A stretch of 64,000 bases of DNA from Candidatus Xenobia bacterium. Its GTDB lineage: Bacteria; Vulcanimicrobiota; Xenobia; Xenobiales; QWHO01. The position numbers and the translations under genes were made by a program. Below are positions 37,412-46,709 of the stretch, one piece after another. Positions within the stretch are counted from its first letter, which is position 1. Every line of letters starts with the position of its first letter. The stretch lies in contig BTUM01000009.1 in NCBI GenBank assembly GCA_045863235.1, forward strand, positions 1 through 64,000. The letters run 5' to 3'. The notes beneath the pieces are model-generated. The model had not been told where the DNA came from. It worked only from the letters and a program-made list of their open reading frames with translations, and ran no database searches.

Positions 37412-39555
37412 GGGGCGACCTCCTCACCGCCCTGAGCCACCCACCGGCCAGCAACCGCTCGAACCATCGTCCAGGGCAAAGGAGAGGGTTTCCCGGAGCG
37501 AGTCCAGCCCAGCGTCGCTCCCCGCAGGGCGTGCAGCTTGTAATGAGAGGCGACGACCCAGAATAGAGCATCCAGGTTGCGCGCCCGAGCCAGGTCGGGG
37601 ATGTCCCGGGCCAGGCTGGCTGACAGCCACTCGCCCTGGCAGGGAGAGAAGCGAACCAGCCCCCGCGCCCCGGGATAGTTGGCGGCGGGCGGAAGAGCGG
37701 CCTCATCGCTCGCCAGGATGACCAGCGACTCGGGCGGAGCCTGCAGCGAGCCCAGATCCTGTGGACGGGCCAGCACCAGGCCACTGGCCCCGCTGAACTC
37801 GGGAGCATCCAGCCCCAGCGACTTGAGCTCGCGCTCTAGCTCAGCGCTGGCAGAGAAAACGGGACGGCTGGCCGCCAGGCGAGCGAGCTGCTCCACCGGC
37901 CAGGCCCGGTCAGGGGGCATCTGACGTGGATCCTCCTGCTCGGAGGCCTGGGCCAGGAAGAGCGGAAGCTCGCTCTTCAGTTGACCGGCATCCAGCTTGC
38001 CGGCCGGGAAGACGAGCAACACCTCGGGCGGAGGGCCGGGAGTGCGAGCGTTCACTTTGCGCGATTCGGCGCCGGCCTCCATGGAGCTCAGGCGGCGCTG
38101 GAGTTCTCCCGGCCGATAGCTGGAGAGAATCAGCACCACCGGTCGACCGCCCACACCGCCAACCCGATTGAGCTCCTCCTGGCCCTGGGCCAGGGACGCC
38201 AGGACCTCGTCGGTGCGCTCGACGGGATAGAGCACGCCGATTCGGGCGGGCTTCTTGGGGGGCGGCACGGCCAGTCCGAGGGCATTGGAATGATAGATTC
38301 TGGTCAGCGGGTCTTTCGCGTTCGACCGGGCAGCCAGGCGAAGCTGCTCGGTGGCCTGCACCAGGGAGTGACCTTCCTGGTAGAGTTGAATTCCGGCATC
38401 GCGGGGATTGCTGGGAGCCTGGCGAGGCATCAGGCTCTGCAACCAGGCCGCCAGCGACTGACGCCCCTCCTCCAGCAGAGCTGGATTGAAGCGAGCCACG
38501 GCTGCCAGGCTGCCCAGCAAGACAAGCAAGAAGAGCCACTTGAAGAGCCCGGCGGGGGAACGGCGGACCGCCGGCGGGACAGGGGGAGCAGCAGCGGGTG
38601 GAGCGCTGGCCGCGGCAAGAGCGGCAGGAGTGGCTGCGGCGACTGCCGGAGCGGCCGTCGCGGCCGCCACTGCCCGAGCTGCGTCCACAGCCGACACAGG
38701 CGAGGTCGCCTCGCCCGAGCGCACCACGCGCGTACCCCCCGCCAGCGCTCGGGCCAGAGCCTGCAGGTCGCGCTTCATGTCGATCATGGATTGGTAGCGC
38801 TGATCGGGGTCAAGCTGGGTGGAGCGCTCGATGATGCGCACCAGGTCTTCCGAAACGGATGGGTTCAGGTCGCGCACGGGGGGCAGGATGAAGGGGGTCT
38901 GGGTGGTGGTCGGGTCGCGGCCTGTGATGGCGTGGTGCAGGGTCACGCCGAGGGCGTAGACGTCGGAGCGCGGGTCGGTCTGGCCGCTGTACTGCTCGGG
39001 CGGAGCGTAGCCGGGCGAGCCGATGCGCATGGTGTCGCCCTTCTTGCTGGGATTGAAGTGACGGGCGATGCCGAAGTCGATCAGCTTGACCAGGTTGCCA
39101 GTCATCATGATGTTGGACGGCTTGACATCCCGGAAGATGATGGGATGGGGCTTACGACAGTGCAGGTAATAGAGCACGGTAGCCATCTGCTCGCCCAGCT
39201 CGGCCACCTGGCGCTCCGGCAGGGGGCCCTTGATGCGGTTGAGCATGCGACCCAGATCTTCTCCGTCCACGAACTCCATCACCAGATAGGAACGACCCTG
39301 AAAGACGAAAAAATCGTTGACTTTGGGAAGGTTGCGATGATCCAGGCTGGCCAGCAGGTGGGCCTCGCGCTCGAACAACTCGACCGCCATCCGCTGCTCG
39401 TTGGGGTCGGAATAGCGGGCCACCATCTCCTTGACCACCCAGCGGCGACCGCGAAGGTTCAGGTCGTCGCACAGGTAGATGTTGCTCATGCCTCCCTGGC
39501 CGAGCAATCGCACCACCTGATAGCGCGTCCCGATCATCGTCCCGGGCGCCAGCAT
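37408..39555 (-). CDS. Hanks-type Ser/Thr kinase with TM and degenerate periplasmic-binding-protein-like C-terminus
   Basis: LGQGGMS, VVKEM, IIFRDVKPSN, LIDFGIAR, GSPGYAPPEQ, SDVYALG; 'EELNRVGGVGGRPV' is PBP1-like. Confidence 0.9.
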   Translation of the reverse strand: MLAPGTMIGTRYQVVRLLGQGGMSNIYLCDDLNLRGRRWVVKEMVARYSDPNEQRMAVELFEREAHLLASLDHRNLPKVNDFFVFQGRSYLVMEFVDGEDLGRMLNRIKGPLPERQVAELGEQMATVLYYLHCRKPHPIIFRDVKPSNIMMTGNLVKLIDFGIARHFNPSKKGDTMRIGSPGYAPPEQYSGQTDPRSDVYALGVTLHHAITGRDPTTTQTPFILPPVRDLNPSVSEDLVRIIERSTQLDPDQRYQSMIDMKRDLQALARALAGGTRVVRSGEATSPVSAVDAARAVAAATAAPAVAAATPAALAAASAPPAAAPPVPPAVRRSPAGLFKWLFLLVLLGSLAAVARFNPALLEEGRQSLAAWLQSLMPRQAPSNPRDAGIQLYQEGHSLVQATEQLRLAARSNAKDPLTRIYHSNALGLAVPPPKKPARIGVLYPVERTDEVLASLAQGQEELNRVGGVGGRPVVLILSSYRPGELQRRLSSMEAGAESRKVNARTPGPPPEVLLVFPAGKLDAGQLKSELPLFLAQASEQEDPRQMPPDRAWPVEQLARLAASRPVFSASAELERELKSLGLDAPEFSGASGLVLARPQDLGSLQAPPESLVILASDEAALPPAANYPGARGLVRFSPCQGEWLSASLARDIPDLARARNLDALFWVVASHYKLHALRGATLGWTRSGKPSPLPWTMVRAVAGRWVAQGGEEVAP

Positions 39556-39576
39556 CCGGTCAAGCCTCCTTCTGGT

Positions 39577-40578
39577 TCAGAGCGTACTGGACTGAAGCAT
39601 ATAGCGATAGATGGCCACCAGACCGCCCCCCATCAAGACGGTCAGCAGCGCACCCAGCAACCACGCCTTCAGTCGCGGAGATATTCTCTTTGTTCTCCGA
39701 ACGCCCCCCCCTGCCCCTACGAGCGGAGGGGATTTCTCCGAACGAGGGACCGGGCGCGGGGTCTTTCCCTTCTGAGACAGCGCGCCCTCCAGGGCTTTCT
39801 TGAGGTCGGCCAGGTTGGCGGGTCGATCGCGAGGCTCATTGCGTGTGCACTTCTCGATCAGGGTGCGAGTGGACTCGGAGACGCGGGGATTGAGATGGCT
39901 GATCGGAACGAGGTTAAAGGGCGACGAGCCCGGGTTGACCCCGGTCACCAGGTGATAGGTCAGCGCGCCCAGGTTGTAGACCAGAGTGCGGGCATCATAG
40001 TTCCCTTCTCCGGTGAACTGCTCGGGAGCGGCGTAGTCGGGGGGGCCAGTGCGTGCTTCCCGCTGGAACAACCGGGAGAAACCCAGGTCCACCAGCAGAA
40101 CCCGTCCCTCGGGGGTCAAGATGAGGTTGGGCAGGCTCATGTCACGCAGGACGATGGGGGCAAGTTTCTTCTTGAACAGGAAAACCATCAGCTCGCAAAG
40201 CTGCAGGGAGATGCGCAGGGCTTCATCTTCGCCGAAGGGGGCCTGGCGCTGATTGAGGATGCTCTGCAGGTCGTTCCCGGGCACGAACTCGCGGATCACG
40301 AACAGGGAGGAATCCTGGGCGAAAAAGTCCACCAGCTTGGGCAGACAGACGTGCTCGAGCTGGGACAAAAGCATGGCTTCCGCCTGGAACTGGGTGAGCA
40401 AGCGACTGCGTTCGCCGGCATCGACGCCCAGCGGTTGCATTTGCTTGATCACCCATAGCTTGCCGCGCAGGTGCTGATCTTCGGCGACGTAGACGTTGCG
40501 CAGCCGCGACTGATCCAGCACCCTGGCTATCTTGTATCGGGCCCGCAGGCTGGTCCCTACGGGCAGCACGTAAGGCAA
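39577..40578 (-). CDS. Ser/Thr kinase-like protein (probable pseudokinase) with C-terminal TM
   Basis: Kinase fold with the Gly loop lost (LDQSRLRN), RDMSLPN, DLG, YAAPEQ, and subdomain IX Asp replaced (RTLVYNLG). Confidence 0.8.
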   Translation of the reverse strand: MPYVLPVGTSLRARYKIARVLDQSRLRNVYVAEDQHLRGKLWVIKQMQPLGVDAGERSRLLTQFQAEAMLLSQLEHVCLPKLVDFFAQDSSLFVIREFVPGNDLQSILNQRQAPFGEDEALRISLQLCELMVFLFKKKLAPIVLRDMSLPNLILTPEGRVLLVDLGFSRLFQREARTGPPDYAAPEQFTGEGNYDARTLVYNLGALTYHLVTGVNPGSSPFNLVPISHLNPRVSESTRTLIEKCTRNEPRDRPANLADLKKALEGALSQKGKTPRPVPRSEKSPPLVGAGGGVRRTKRISPRLKAWLLGALLTVLMGGGLVAIYRYMLQSSTL

Positions 40579-40965
40579 ACCGGCCAGGCTCCTTCCCGAA
40601 TGCCAAAAAAGACCGCCGTGGCGTCAGAACGCCCCTTTGGCCCTCAACCCCATCCACGCCCTGTCCAAACGCGATCGCAACCACGCGACCGCGATCTCCA
40701 GTTTACCGTCGGAAACCACGCTTTCCGAGCAGTTCCCAGCGCTTCGCCCGCCCTTCTGGCTACGCTCGCAGATTTCTAGAACCTGGCTTAGAACCCTCTC
40801 CTGGCGACCCTGGAGGGCTCCTGTCCGGGGAGGATTTTCAAGCCCGGCAACAGAATCGCCCGCACGCCCTGGCCGGGAACTTCTCATGCCCGGTCAGCGT
40901 CATCAAAAAGTCCGCGGACCACCAGGGCCCGCGTCAGATGCTTTGCCACCAGGAGAGCTCAAGTC

Positions 40966-41955
40966 ATGATCACCGCAACAGGTCTGTGCAAACGATTTGG
41001 AGACAAACTGGCGGTCGACAACCTCAATTTCGGCATCGAGAAGGGGGAGATTGTCGGCTTCCTGGGTCCTAATGCCGCCGGGAAGACCACCACCATGCGC
41101 ATGCTGACGTGCTACTTCCCTCCCAGCGAGGGGTCGGCCAGCGTGGCCGGCTTCGACGTCTACACCCAGAGTCTTCAGGTGCGCAAGAATGTGGGCTACC
41201 TGCCCGAGCACGTCCCCCTCTATCTCGACATGAGCGTGCGCGAGTACCTCGAGTTCGCTGCCGCTGCCAAGGGCGTTCCCCACGCTGACCGCAAGAAGGC
41301 TGTCGCCACCGCGGTCGAGCGCTGCAGTCTGGAATCGGTCGTAGACCAGCTGATCGGCACCATATCGCGAGGCTACCGACAGCGTGTCGGCCTCGGCCAG
41401 GCCATCATCTCCGAGCCTCCGGTGCTCATCCTGGACGAGCCCACCGTGGGCCTGGACCCGGCCCAGATTCGCGAGATCCGCGAGCTGATCAAGGAGCTAG
41501 GCAAGAAATCTACCGTTATTTTGTCGACCCACATCCTGCCCGAGGTCTCCATGACCTGCAGTCGGGTCATCATCATCGCCAACGGCCGCATCCAGGCCCA
41601 GGACACGCCCCAGAACCTGGCCGCCCGCCAGCTTTCGCTGGTGCCCATCACACTGGGGGTGGCCGGCGCCCCGGCGGGCGAGATCCTGGAGTTCCTGCGC
41701 GGCCTCCAGGGGGTCAAGAAGGCCGAATCGGAGGGAGACCTGTTCCGCGTGGAGGCGGACAACGACCGACAGGTGCGGCCCCAAATTGCCCGGGCTGTGA
41801 TTGAGAAGGGCTGGGAACTGCTCGAGCTGCACGCCCGCCAGGCCACCCTGGAGGACGTTTTTCTGGAGATCGTTTCCAAGAGCGACGCCGAGGAAGCAGC
41901 CTCCCAACCGGACAAGGCTGCCGAACCGGTCGCAGTCGGAGGTGAAAGCGCATGA
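40966..41955 (+). CDS. ABC transporter ATP-binding protein (GldA-like)
   Basis: GPNAAGKTT, ISRGYRQRVGL, ILDEPTVGLDP, STHIL. Confidence 0.92.
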   Translation: MITATGLCKRFGDKLAVDNLNFGIEKGEIVGFLGPNAAGKTTTMRMLTCYFPPSEGSASVAGFDVYTQSLQVRKNVGYLPEHVPLYLDMSVREYLEFAAAAKGVPHADRKKAVATAVERCSLESVVDQLIGTISRGYRQRVGLGQAIISEPPVLILDEPTVGLDPAQIREIRELIKELGKKSTVILSTHILPEVSMTCSRVIIIANGRIQAQDTPQNLAARQLSLVPITLGVAGAPAGEILEFLRGLQGVKKAESEGDLFRVEADNDRQVRPQIARAVIEKGWELLELHARQATLEDVFLEIVSKSDAEEAASQPDKAAEPVAVGGESA

Positions 41956-42710
41956 TAGCCCTGATGAGCAAAGAGCTTCGCACTTACTACAACTCGTCCA
42001 TGGCCTGGATTCTCACCGCCTGCTACCTGCTGGTGATCGGTCTGGTCTTCGTCATTTTGCTGCTCGAGTTCGGCTCGGCCAGCACCCGAGCCAGCGCCAA
42101 CCCCATGGGAATGGGCGAGGTGAAGGTGATGGAGCAACTGGTCTACCCGGTGATGTGGTGGATGGCATTCCTGCTGATCTTCCTGGTTCCGCTTCTGACC
42201 ATGCGGCTCTTCTCGGAAGAGAAGCGCTCGGGCACGCTCGAGCTGCTGTTCACCTACCCTCTGACCGAGTTCCAGATCGTGGGAGCCAAGTTCTTCTCGG
42301 CCCTGCTGGTGGTCACCATGATGGTGCTCTGCTCGGGCAGCACGATCTTACTGCTGTCTCGACTGGTCAAGATCGAGTGGCCCACGATCGGGGTGGCCTA
42401 TCTGGGCCTGATCCTGCTGGCTGCGAGCTTCGTCGCGTATGGGGTGTGGGCTTCCAGCCTCAGCAGCAACCAGCTGGTGGCGGCCGTGGTCACCTTTGGC
42501 GGGCTGTTCGGCATGTGGCTGGTGGGCATCTTCCGCGACGCCATCGCGGTGGTCAAAGAGCACATCGGCGATCCCTCCAACCTGGCCCACTTCGAGACCA
42601 TGGCCCGGGGCGAGCTCAACTCGCACGACGTGGTCTACTACCTGGCCTGGACCATCCTCTTCTTCTTCCTGACGATGCGCATTCTCGAAAGTCGGAAATG
42701 GAGCACCTGA
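41952..42710 (+). CDS. ABC-2 permease (GldF-like)
   Basis: KELRTYY, PLLTMRLFSEEKRSGTLELLFTYP, multiple TMs. Confidence 0.9.
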   Translation: MIALMSKELRTYYNSSMAWILTACYLLVIGLVFVILLLEFGSASTRASANPMGMGEVKVMEQLVYPVMWWMAFLLIFLVPLLTMRLFSEEKRSGTLELLFTYPLTEFQIVGAKFFSALLVVTMMVLCSGSTILLLSRLVKIEWPTIGVAYLGLILLAASFVAYGVWASSLSSNQLVAAVVTFGGLFGMWLVGIFRDAIAVVKEHIGDPSNLAHFETMARGELNSHDVVYYLAWTILFFFLTMRILESRKWST

Positions 42711-42713
42711 GCG

Positions 42714-44135
42714 ATGTCGATCCATACCAAAGCGGCTCTCAACACCGTCCTCTCCTTCTTTCTGGCCATGCTGTTGTTCGGCATCATCCTGGCCATCTCA
42801 AACAAGCACAACAAGACCTATGACGCCACCCAGAACAAGCGCCTGTCACTATCGGAGCAGTCGGCCAAGCTCGTTGGCGAGCTGAAGAAGCCGGTGCGGG
42901 TCGTGGCCTTCACCAACGAGCACGAGCGCAAGAACGTGGAACGGGTCCTGAAGAACTACCGCAACGCCAATCCGGCCATGTTCCACTTCGAGGTGCTCGA
43001 CCTGTTGAAGAACCCTGCCCGCGCCAAAGCCTACGACATCGTCTACAGCGGACAGGGCGTACTCGAGCTCTTGCCCGAGGGGGGAGCCAACGAGCCCTCC
43101 AAGCGTCAGGAGCGCCTCAACGACTTCGAAGAGCAAACCATCACCAACGCCCTGGTCAAGCTCTCCGACCGAGACTCGCTCAAGCTGGGCTTTCTGACAG
43201 GTCATGGAGAAGCCTCCATTACCGAGAACCAGCCCTTCGGCATCTCGGGTCTGAAGATGGCCCTGGAGCCGGAAGCTTACAAAGCCGAGGAGATCAACCT
43301 GGCCAAGCAGCCCCAGTTGCCCACCGACCTGGCCGCCCTGATCGTGGCCGGGCCCAAGGCTCCCCTGCTCGACGGCGAGCGCGACATCCTCAAGAAATAC
43401 ATCGACGACGGGGGGCGCCTGCTCTTCTGGTTCGACGCCCAGACCGACCGCAGCTACGCCGACTTCTTGCTGCAGTATGGCTTCGAGATCCCCGACGAGA
43501 TCATCCTTACCCCCGACCAGGTGGGCCGCATCACCCAGGACTCCGCGGCCGTGGTCGGCATGGTCTTCGACGCCGGGCATCCGGTGACCAAGGATCAAAA
43601 GGAGTTCATCCTCTCGCTGCTGTCTCACCCCATCAAGGCCGTCGCCGATCCCGCCAGGACCAACGGCTATACCGTCAAGCCCCTGGTCTCCTCGACCGAC
43701 ATGACGGTGGTGGTACCGGCCGCCGAGGTGCTGGGCAAGAAGAAGATGACCCCGCCCAGAGGGAAGGGCGCTTCCTTCCCGCTGGTGACCCTGGCCAGCA
43801 AGAGTCTCTCTGAGGCCCTGCCGAGCTCCTCCCCCTCCCCTTCGGCCAGCCCGTCTCCCTCCAGCAACAAGCGCGAGGCACGCCTGGCCGTGATGGGCGG
43901 CGAGGTCTTCACCAACCAGCTCCTGCGGGTGGTGGGCAACCGCGACTTCTCGGTCAACCTGATCAACTGGCTGGTCCAGGAAGAGAGCCGCATCACCATT
44001 CGCCCCGTGGAGGAAGAGTCCAAACCGCTCTTTCTGGCCCCGGGCCAGGTGCGCAACATCGTGGGCGTCCAGCTCCTGTTGATCCCGATGATCTTCCTGC
44101 TGCTGGGCATCCTGTCGGCCGTCAAGAGGCGCTGA
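42714..44135 (+). CDS. GldG-family ABC auxiliary component
   Basis: YDATQNKRLSLS, EQTITNAL, FLTGHGE, LIVAGPK, YIDDGG.LL, GNRDF..N..NWL. Confidence 0.88.
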   Translation: MSIHTKAALNTVLSFFLAMLLFGIILAISNKHNKTYDATQNKRLSLSEQSAKLVGELKKPVRVVAFTNEHERKNVERVLKNYRNANPAMFHFEVLDLLKNPARAKAYDIVYSGQGVLELLPEGGANEPSKRQERLNDFEEQTITNALVKLSDRDSLKLGFLTGHGEASITENQPFGISGLKMALEPEAYKAEEINLAKQPQLPTDLAALIVAGPKAPLLDGERDILKKYIDDGGRLLFWFDAQTDRSYADFLLQYGFEIPDEIILTPDQVGRITQDSAAVVGMVFDAGHPVTKDQKEFILSLLSHPIKAVADPARTNGYTVKPLVSSTDMTVVVPAAEVLGKKKMTPPRGKGASFPLVTLASKSLSEALPSSSPSPSASPSPSSNKREARLAVMGGEVFTNQLLRVVGNRDFSVNLINWLVQEESRITIRPVEEESKPLFLAPGQVRNIVGVQLLLIPMIFLLLGILSAVKRR

Positions 44136-44139
44136 GACC

Positions 44140-45585
44140 GTGAATCGCAGCACGCTCGTCCTCTTGATCCTGGTGCTGGGACTGGGGGGGTTCTACTACT
44201 TCTACGACGTGCGGGGGGGCAAGACGCGCGAGGAGGCGGAGAAGCAGGAAAAGCGCGTCTTTCCAGGACTGAAGGCGGACAGCCTGATGGGGCTCGAGCT
44301 CAAGCCCGGCAAGAGCGATCAGGCCCCGCTGGTGCTCGAGAAACGTGACGGGCGCTGGATCCGCAAGGGTCCTCCCGAAGAGATGGTCTCGGTGGCCGAG
44401 GTGGGCCGCATGGCCGACGGTCTGGTCGATCTGCAGCGCAACGAGGTCATCCTCGAGAGCCCCAAGCCCGAGGAGCTCAAGCAGTTCGGCCTGGAGAAGC
44501 CGGCTTTCGAGCTGAGCCTGAAGTCGGGGGGCGCCAGCTCGGCTCTGCTGGTGGGCGACAAACTGCCTGACGGCAACGGCTACTACGCCCGGGTGGCTCC
44601 CAGTGGCCCGGTGGTAACGGTGCCGGGGACCTTCTCGGCCATCATCGACAAGACTCCCGCCGCGCTGCGCGAGACCAGCCCCCTGCCCGGCGACCCGGGC
44701 AAGGCCGTACGCGTGAAGATGGTCCGGGGCGGCCAGGAGACCGAGTTGGTGCTCAACGTCACCAAGCGCGAGGAAGAGAAGTCGGACGAGGAAGAGTTCA
44801 GCATGCTGGAAGGCGACTGGAAGGTGGAGAAGCCCTTCCAGGCCGGTGCCGACTCGAGCAAAGTGAGCGCCTTTCTGTGGGATTGGAACCGCATGCGGGC
44901 GGGGCGTTTCATGCAGCCGGGCGAGAAGGTGGACTTCAGTAAGCCCGAGCTGCGCCTGGAGGTGTGGGAGGATAAGCGCACCACCCCCCAGGTGCTGGAG
45001 ATCGGCCCCCCGGTGGCGGTGCAGCCCACCATGCGCTACGCCCGCCGCCTGAACCCCGAAGAGGTGATGGTGCTGGACTTCTCCAAGACCGAGGCCCTCA
45101 CAAGGGATGGGGAGTTTTTCCGCGACCGGCACCTGCTCGCGTTCCAGGTCGACGAGGTGGAGAAGGTGGAAGGCCAGATCGGCTCGCACGAGCTGGTCGC
45201 CCAGCGCTCGGGCGAGAACTGGAAGCTCTCCAAGCCCGACAAGCCCGAAGGAGACTTGGCCACGCAGAGCTCGGCGCTCTCCAACCTGCTCTGGGAGCTG
45301 ACCGAGGAGCAGTGGAGCGCGGTGGCCCCGGCCGGCGCGGCCACCGGCCTGGACAAGCCCCGGGCCCGGCTCACCCTCTACAAGGACAAGAAAGAGAAGC
45401 TGGGCACCATCTTGCTCGGAGCCCAGACTCCGGATAAGAAGGGCTGCTACGTGCAGTTGGAGGGCAAACCCGAGGTGTGGACCAGCGAGAGCGACTATCT
45501 CACCCGCTGGGAGGACAGCCTGCGCACGCTCTGGCCAGCCCCGGCCTCACCCTCCCCCTCGCCTTCGGCCAGCCCCGCTCCTTAG
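44140..45585 (+). CDS. DUF4340-domain protein
   Basis: N-terminal TM, repeated FGLEKP/TGLDKP...LLVG/ILLG...YY modules; usual partner downstream of GldG. Confidence 0.82.
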   Translation: MNRSTLVLLILVLGLGGFYYFYDVRGGKTREEAEKQEKRVFPGLKADSLMGLELKPGKSDQAPLVLEKRDGRWIRKGPPEEMVSVAEVGRMADGLVDLQRNEVILESPKPEELKQFGLEKPAFELSLKSGGASSALLVGDKLPDGNGYYARVAPSGPVVTVPGTFSAIIDKTPAALRETSPLPGDPGKAVRVKMVRGGQETELVLNVTKREEEKSDEEEFSMLEGDWKVEKPFQAGADSSKVSAFLWDWNRMRAGRFMQPGEKVDFSKPELRLEVWEDKRTTPQVLEIGPPVAVQPTMRYARRLNPEEVMVLDFSKTEALTRDGEFFRDRHLLAFQVDEVEKVEGQIGSHELVAQRSGENWKLSKPDKPEGDLATQSSALSNLLWELTEEQWSAVAPAGAATGLDKPRARLTLYKDKKEKLGTILLGAQTPDKKGCYVQLEGKPEVWTSESDYLTRWEDSLRTLWPAPASPSPSPSASPAP

Positions 45586-46541
45586 CTTGCAAGCTCCTCG
45601 ACCCGGCGCCAGGCCAGCACCCGCTCCAGCCCTTCGGCCAGCGGAGTGCTGGCCCGAAAGCCCAGCAGCCGCTCCGCCAGCTCGGTGCTGCCCACCCGCT
45701 GGGTGACCAGGCTCTGGGTCTGGGGCTGGTACTGCGGCTCGAGCGGTGAGCCGGTCAGCTCGAGCAGACGAGCCACCAGCTCGTTGAGGCTGGTGCCCTG
45801 GCCGCTGCCCACGTTCAGGAACACATCGCTGCACTCAGCCTGCATGGCCAGCAGGTTGGCCCGGGCGGCATCCTCCACGTAGATGAAGTCGTAGGTCTGG
45901 CTGCCATCTCCATGAATCAGGGGGGGCTGGCCGGCGAAGATGCGGTCGAGCACACGCATGATGACGCTGACGTAAGCTCCCCGGTAGTCCATGCGGGGGC
46001 CGTAGACGTTCATGTAGCGCAGGCCCACGTAGGCCAGACCGTGCTGGTCGTGGATGGCGCGCAGCATCTGCTCGCAGGCGATCTTGGTGGCCCCGTAGGT
46101 ATTGCGATTGTTGAAGGGGTGCTGCTCGGTCATGGGGGTAACCAGGGCGTCGCCGTAAACCGAGGCCGACGAGCTGTAAACCAGGCGCTCGACCCCCAGC
46201 TTCTGGCAGGCCTCCACCACGTTCCAGCTACCCAGCACGTTGGTCTCCCAGGCTGCCCGGGGCTCGTCCAGGCACTCCCCCAGCCAGAGCGAGGCCAGCA
46301 GAAAGACGCCGTGGGCTCCTTCGAGGGCCTTCTGAACGGCATCGGAATCGGTCATGCTCTGCTCGATGATGGTCAGCTTCGGGCTCTGACTCGCGCGGGC
46401 CAGATTCTCGCGCCGGCCGCGCACGAAGTTGTCCAGCACCACCACCTCGCGCACCGGCTCTTCGACCAGCAGGTCGCAAAGGTGCGAGCCGATCAGGCCG
46501 GCCCCTCCGATCAGGACGATTCGCTTGTCTTTCAGGTCCAT
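45582..46541 (-). CDS. NAD-dependent epimerase/dehydratase
   Basis: GGAGLIGSH, YSSSASVYG, YGATK, LRYMNVYGPR, GDGSQTYDFIYV. Confidence 0.92.
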   Translation of the reverse strand: MDLKDKRIVLIGGAGLIGSHLCDLLVEEPVREVVVLDNFVRGRRENLARASQSPKLTIIEQSMTDSDAVQKALEGAHGVFLLASLWLGECLDEPRAAWETNVLGSWNVVEACQKLGVERLVYSSSASVYGDALVTPMTEQHPFNNRNTYGATKIACEQMLRAIHDQHGLAYVGLRYMNVYGPRMDYRGAYVSVIMRVLDRIFAGQPPLIHGDGSQTYDFIYVEDAARANLLAMQAECSDVFLNVGSGQGTSLNELVARLLELTGSPLEPQYQPQTQSLVTQRVGSTELAERLLGFRASTPLAEGLERVLAWRRVEELAS

Positions 46542-46709
46542 GGGCGCTTGCCGCCCATGGTTGGCCGGGAGGTTGGATTCTCCTGGCGAGGAGTGCCGGC
46601 CCGGGTGCTCGACATCGATCTGGACGATGAGGTCGAAATCCTGCGTCGAGCGCGGCTTGCCGTGATGGCTCTAATGTGCTCGCACTTTAGAATTGGAACG
46701 CGCGGCGCC

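Noticed and set aside
40580..40965. Structured ncRNA in the divergent intergenic region
   Set aside because: No convincing stem architecture or known motif by eye.
40966..45585. Gliding-motility interpretation of the GldA/F/G-like cluster
   Set aside because: This ABC-GldG-DUF4340 cassette is widespread outside gliding bacteria, and no T9SS genes are present here.
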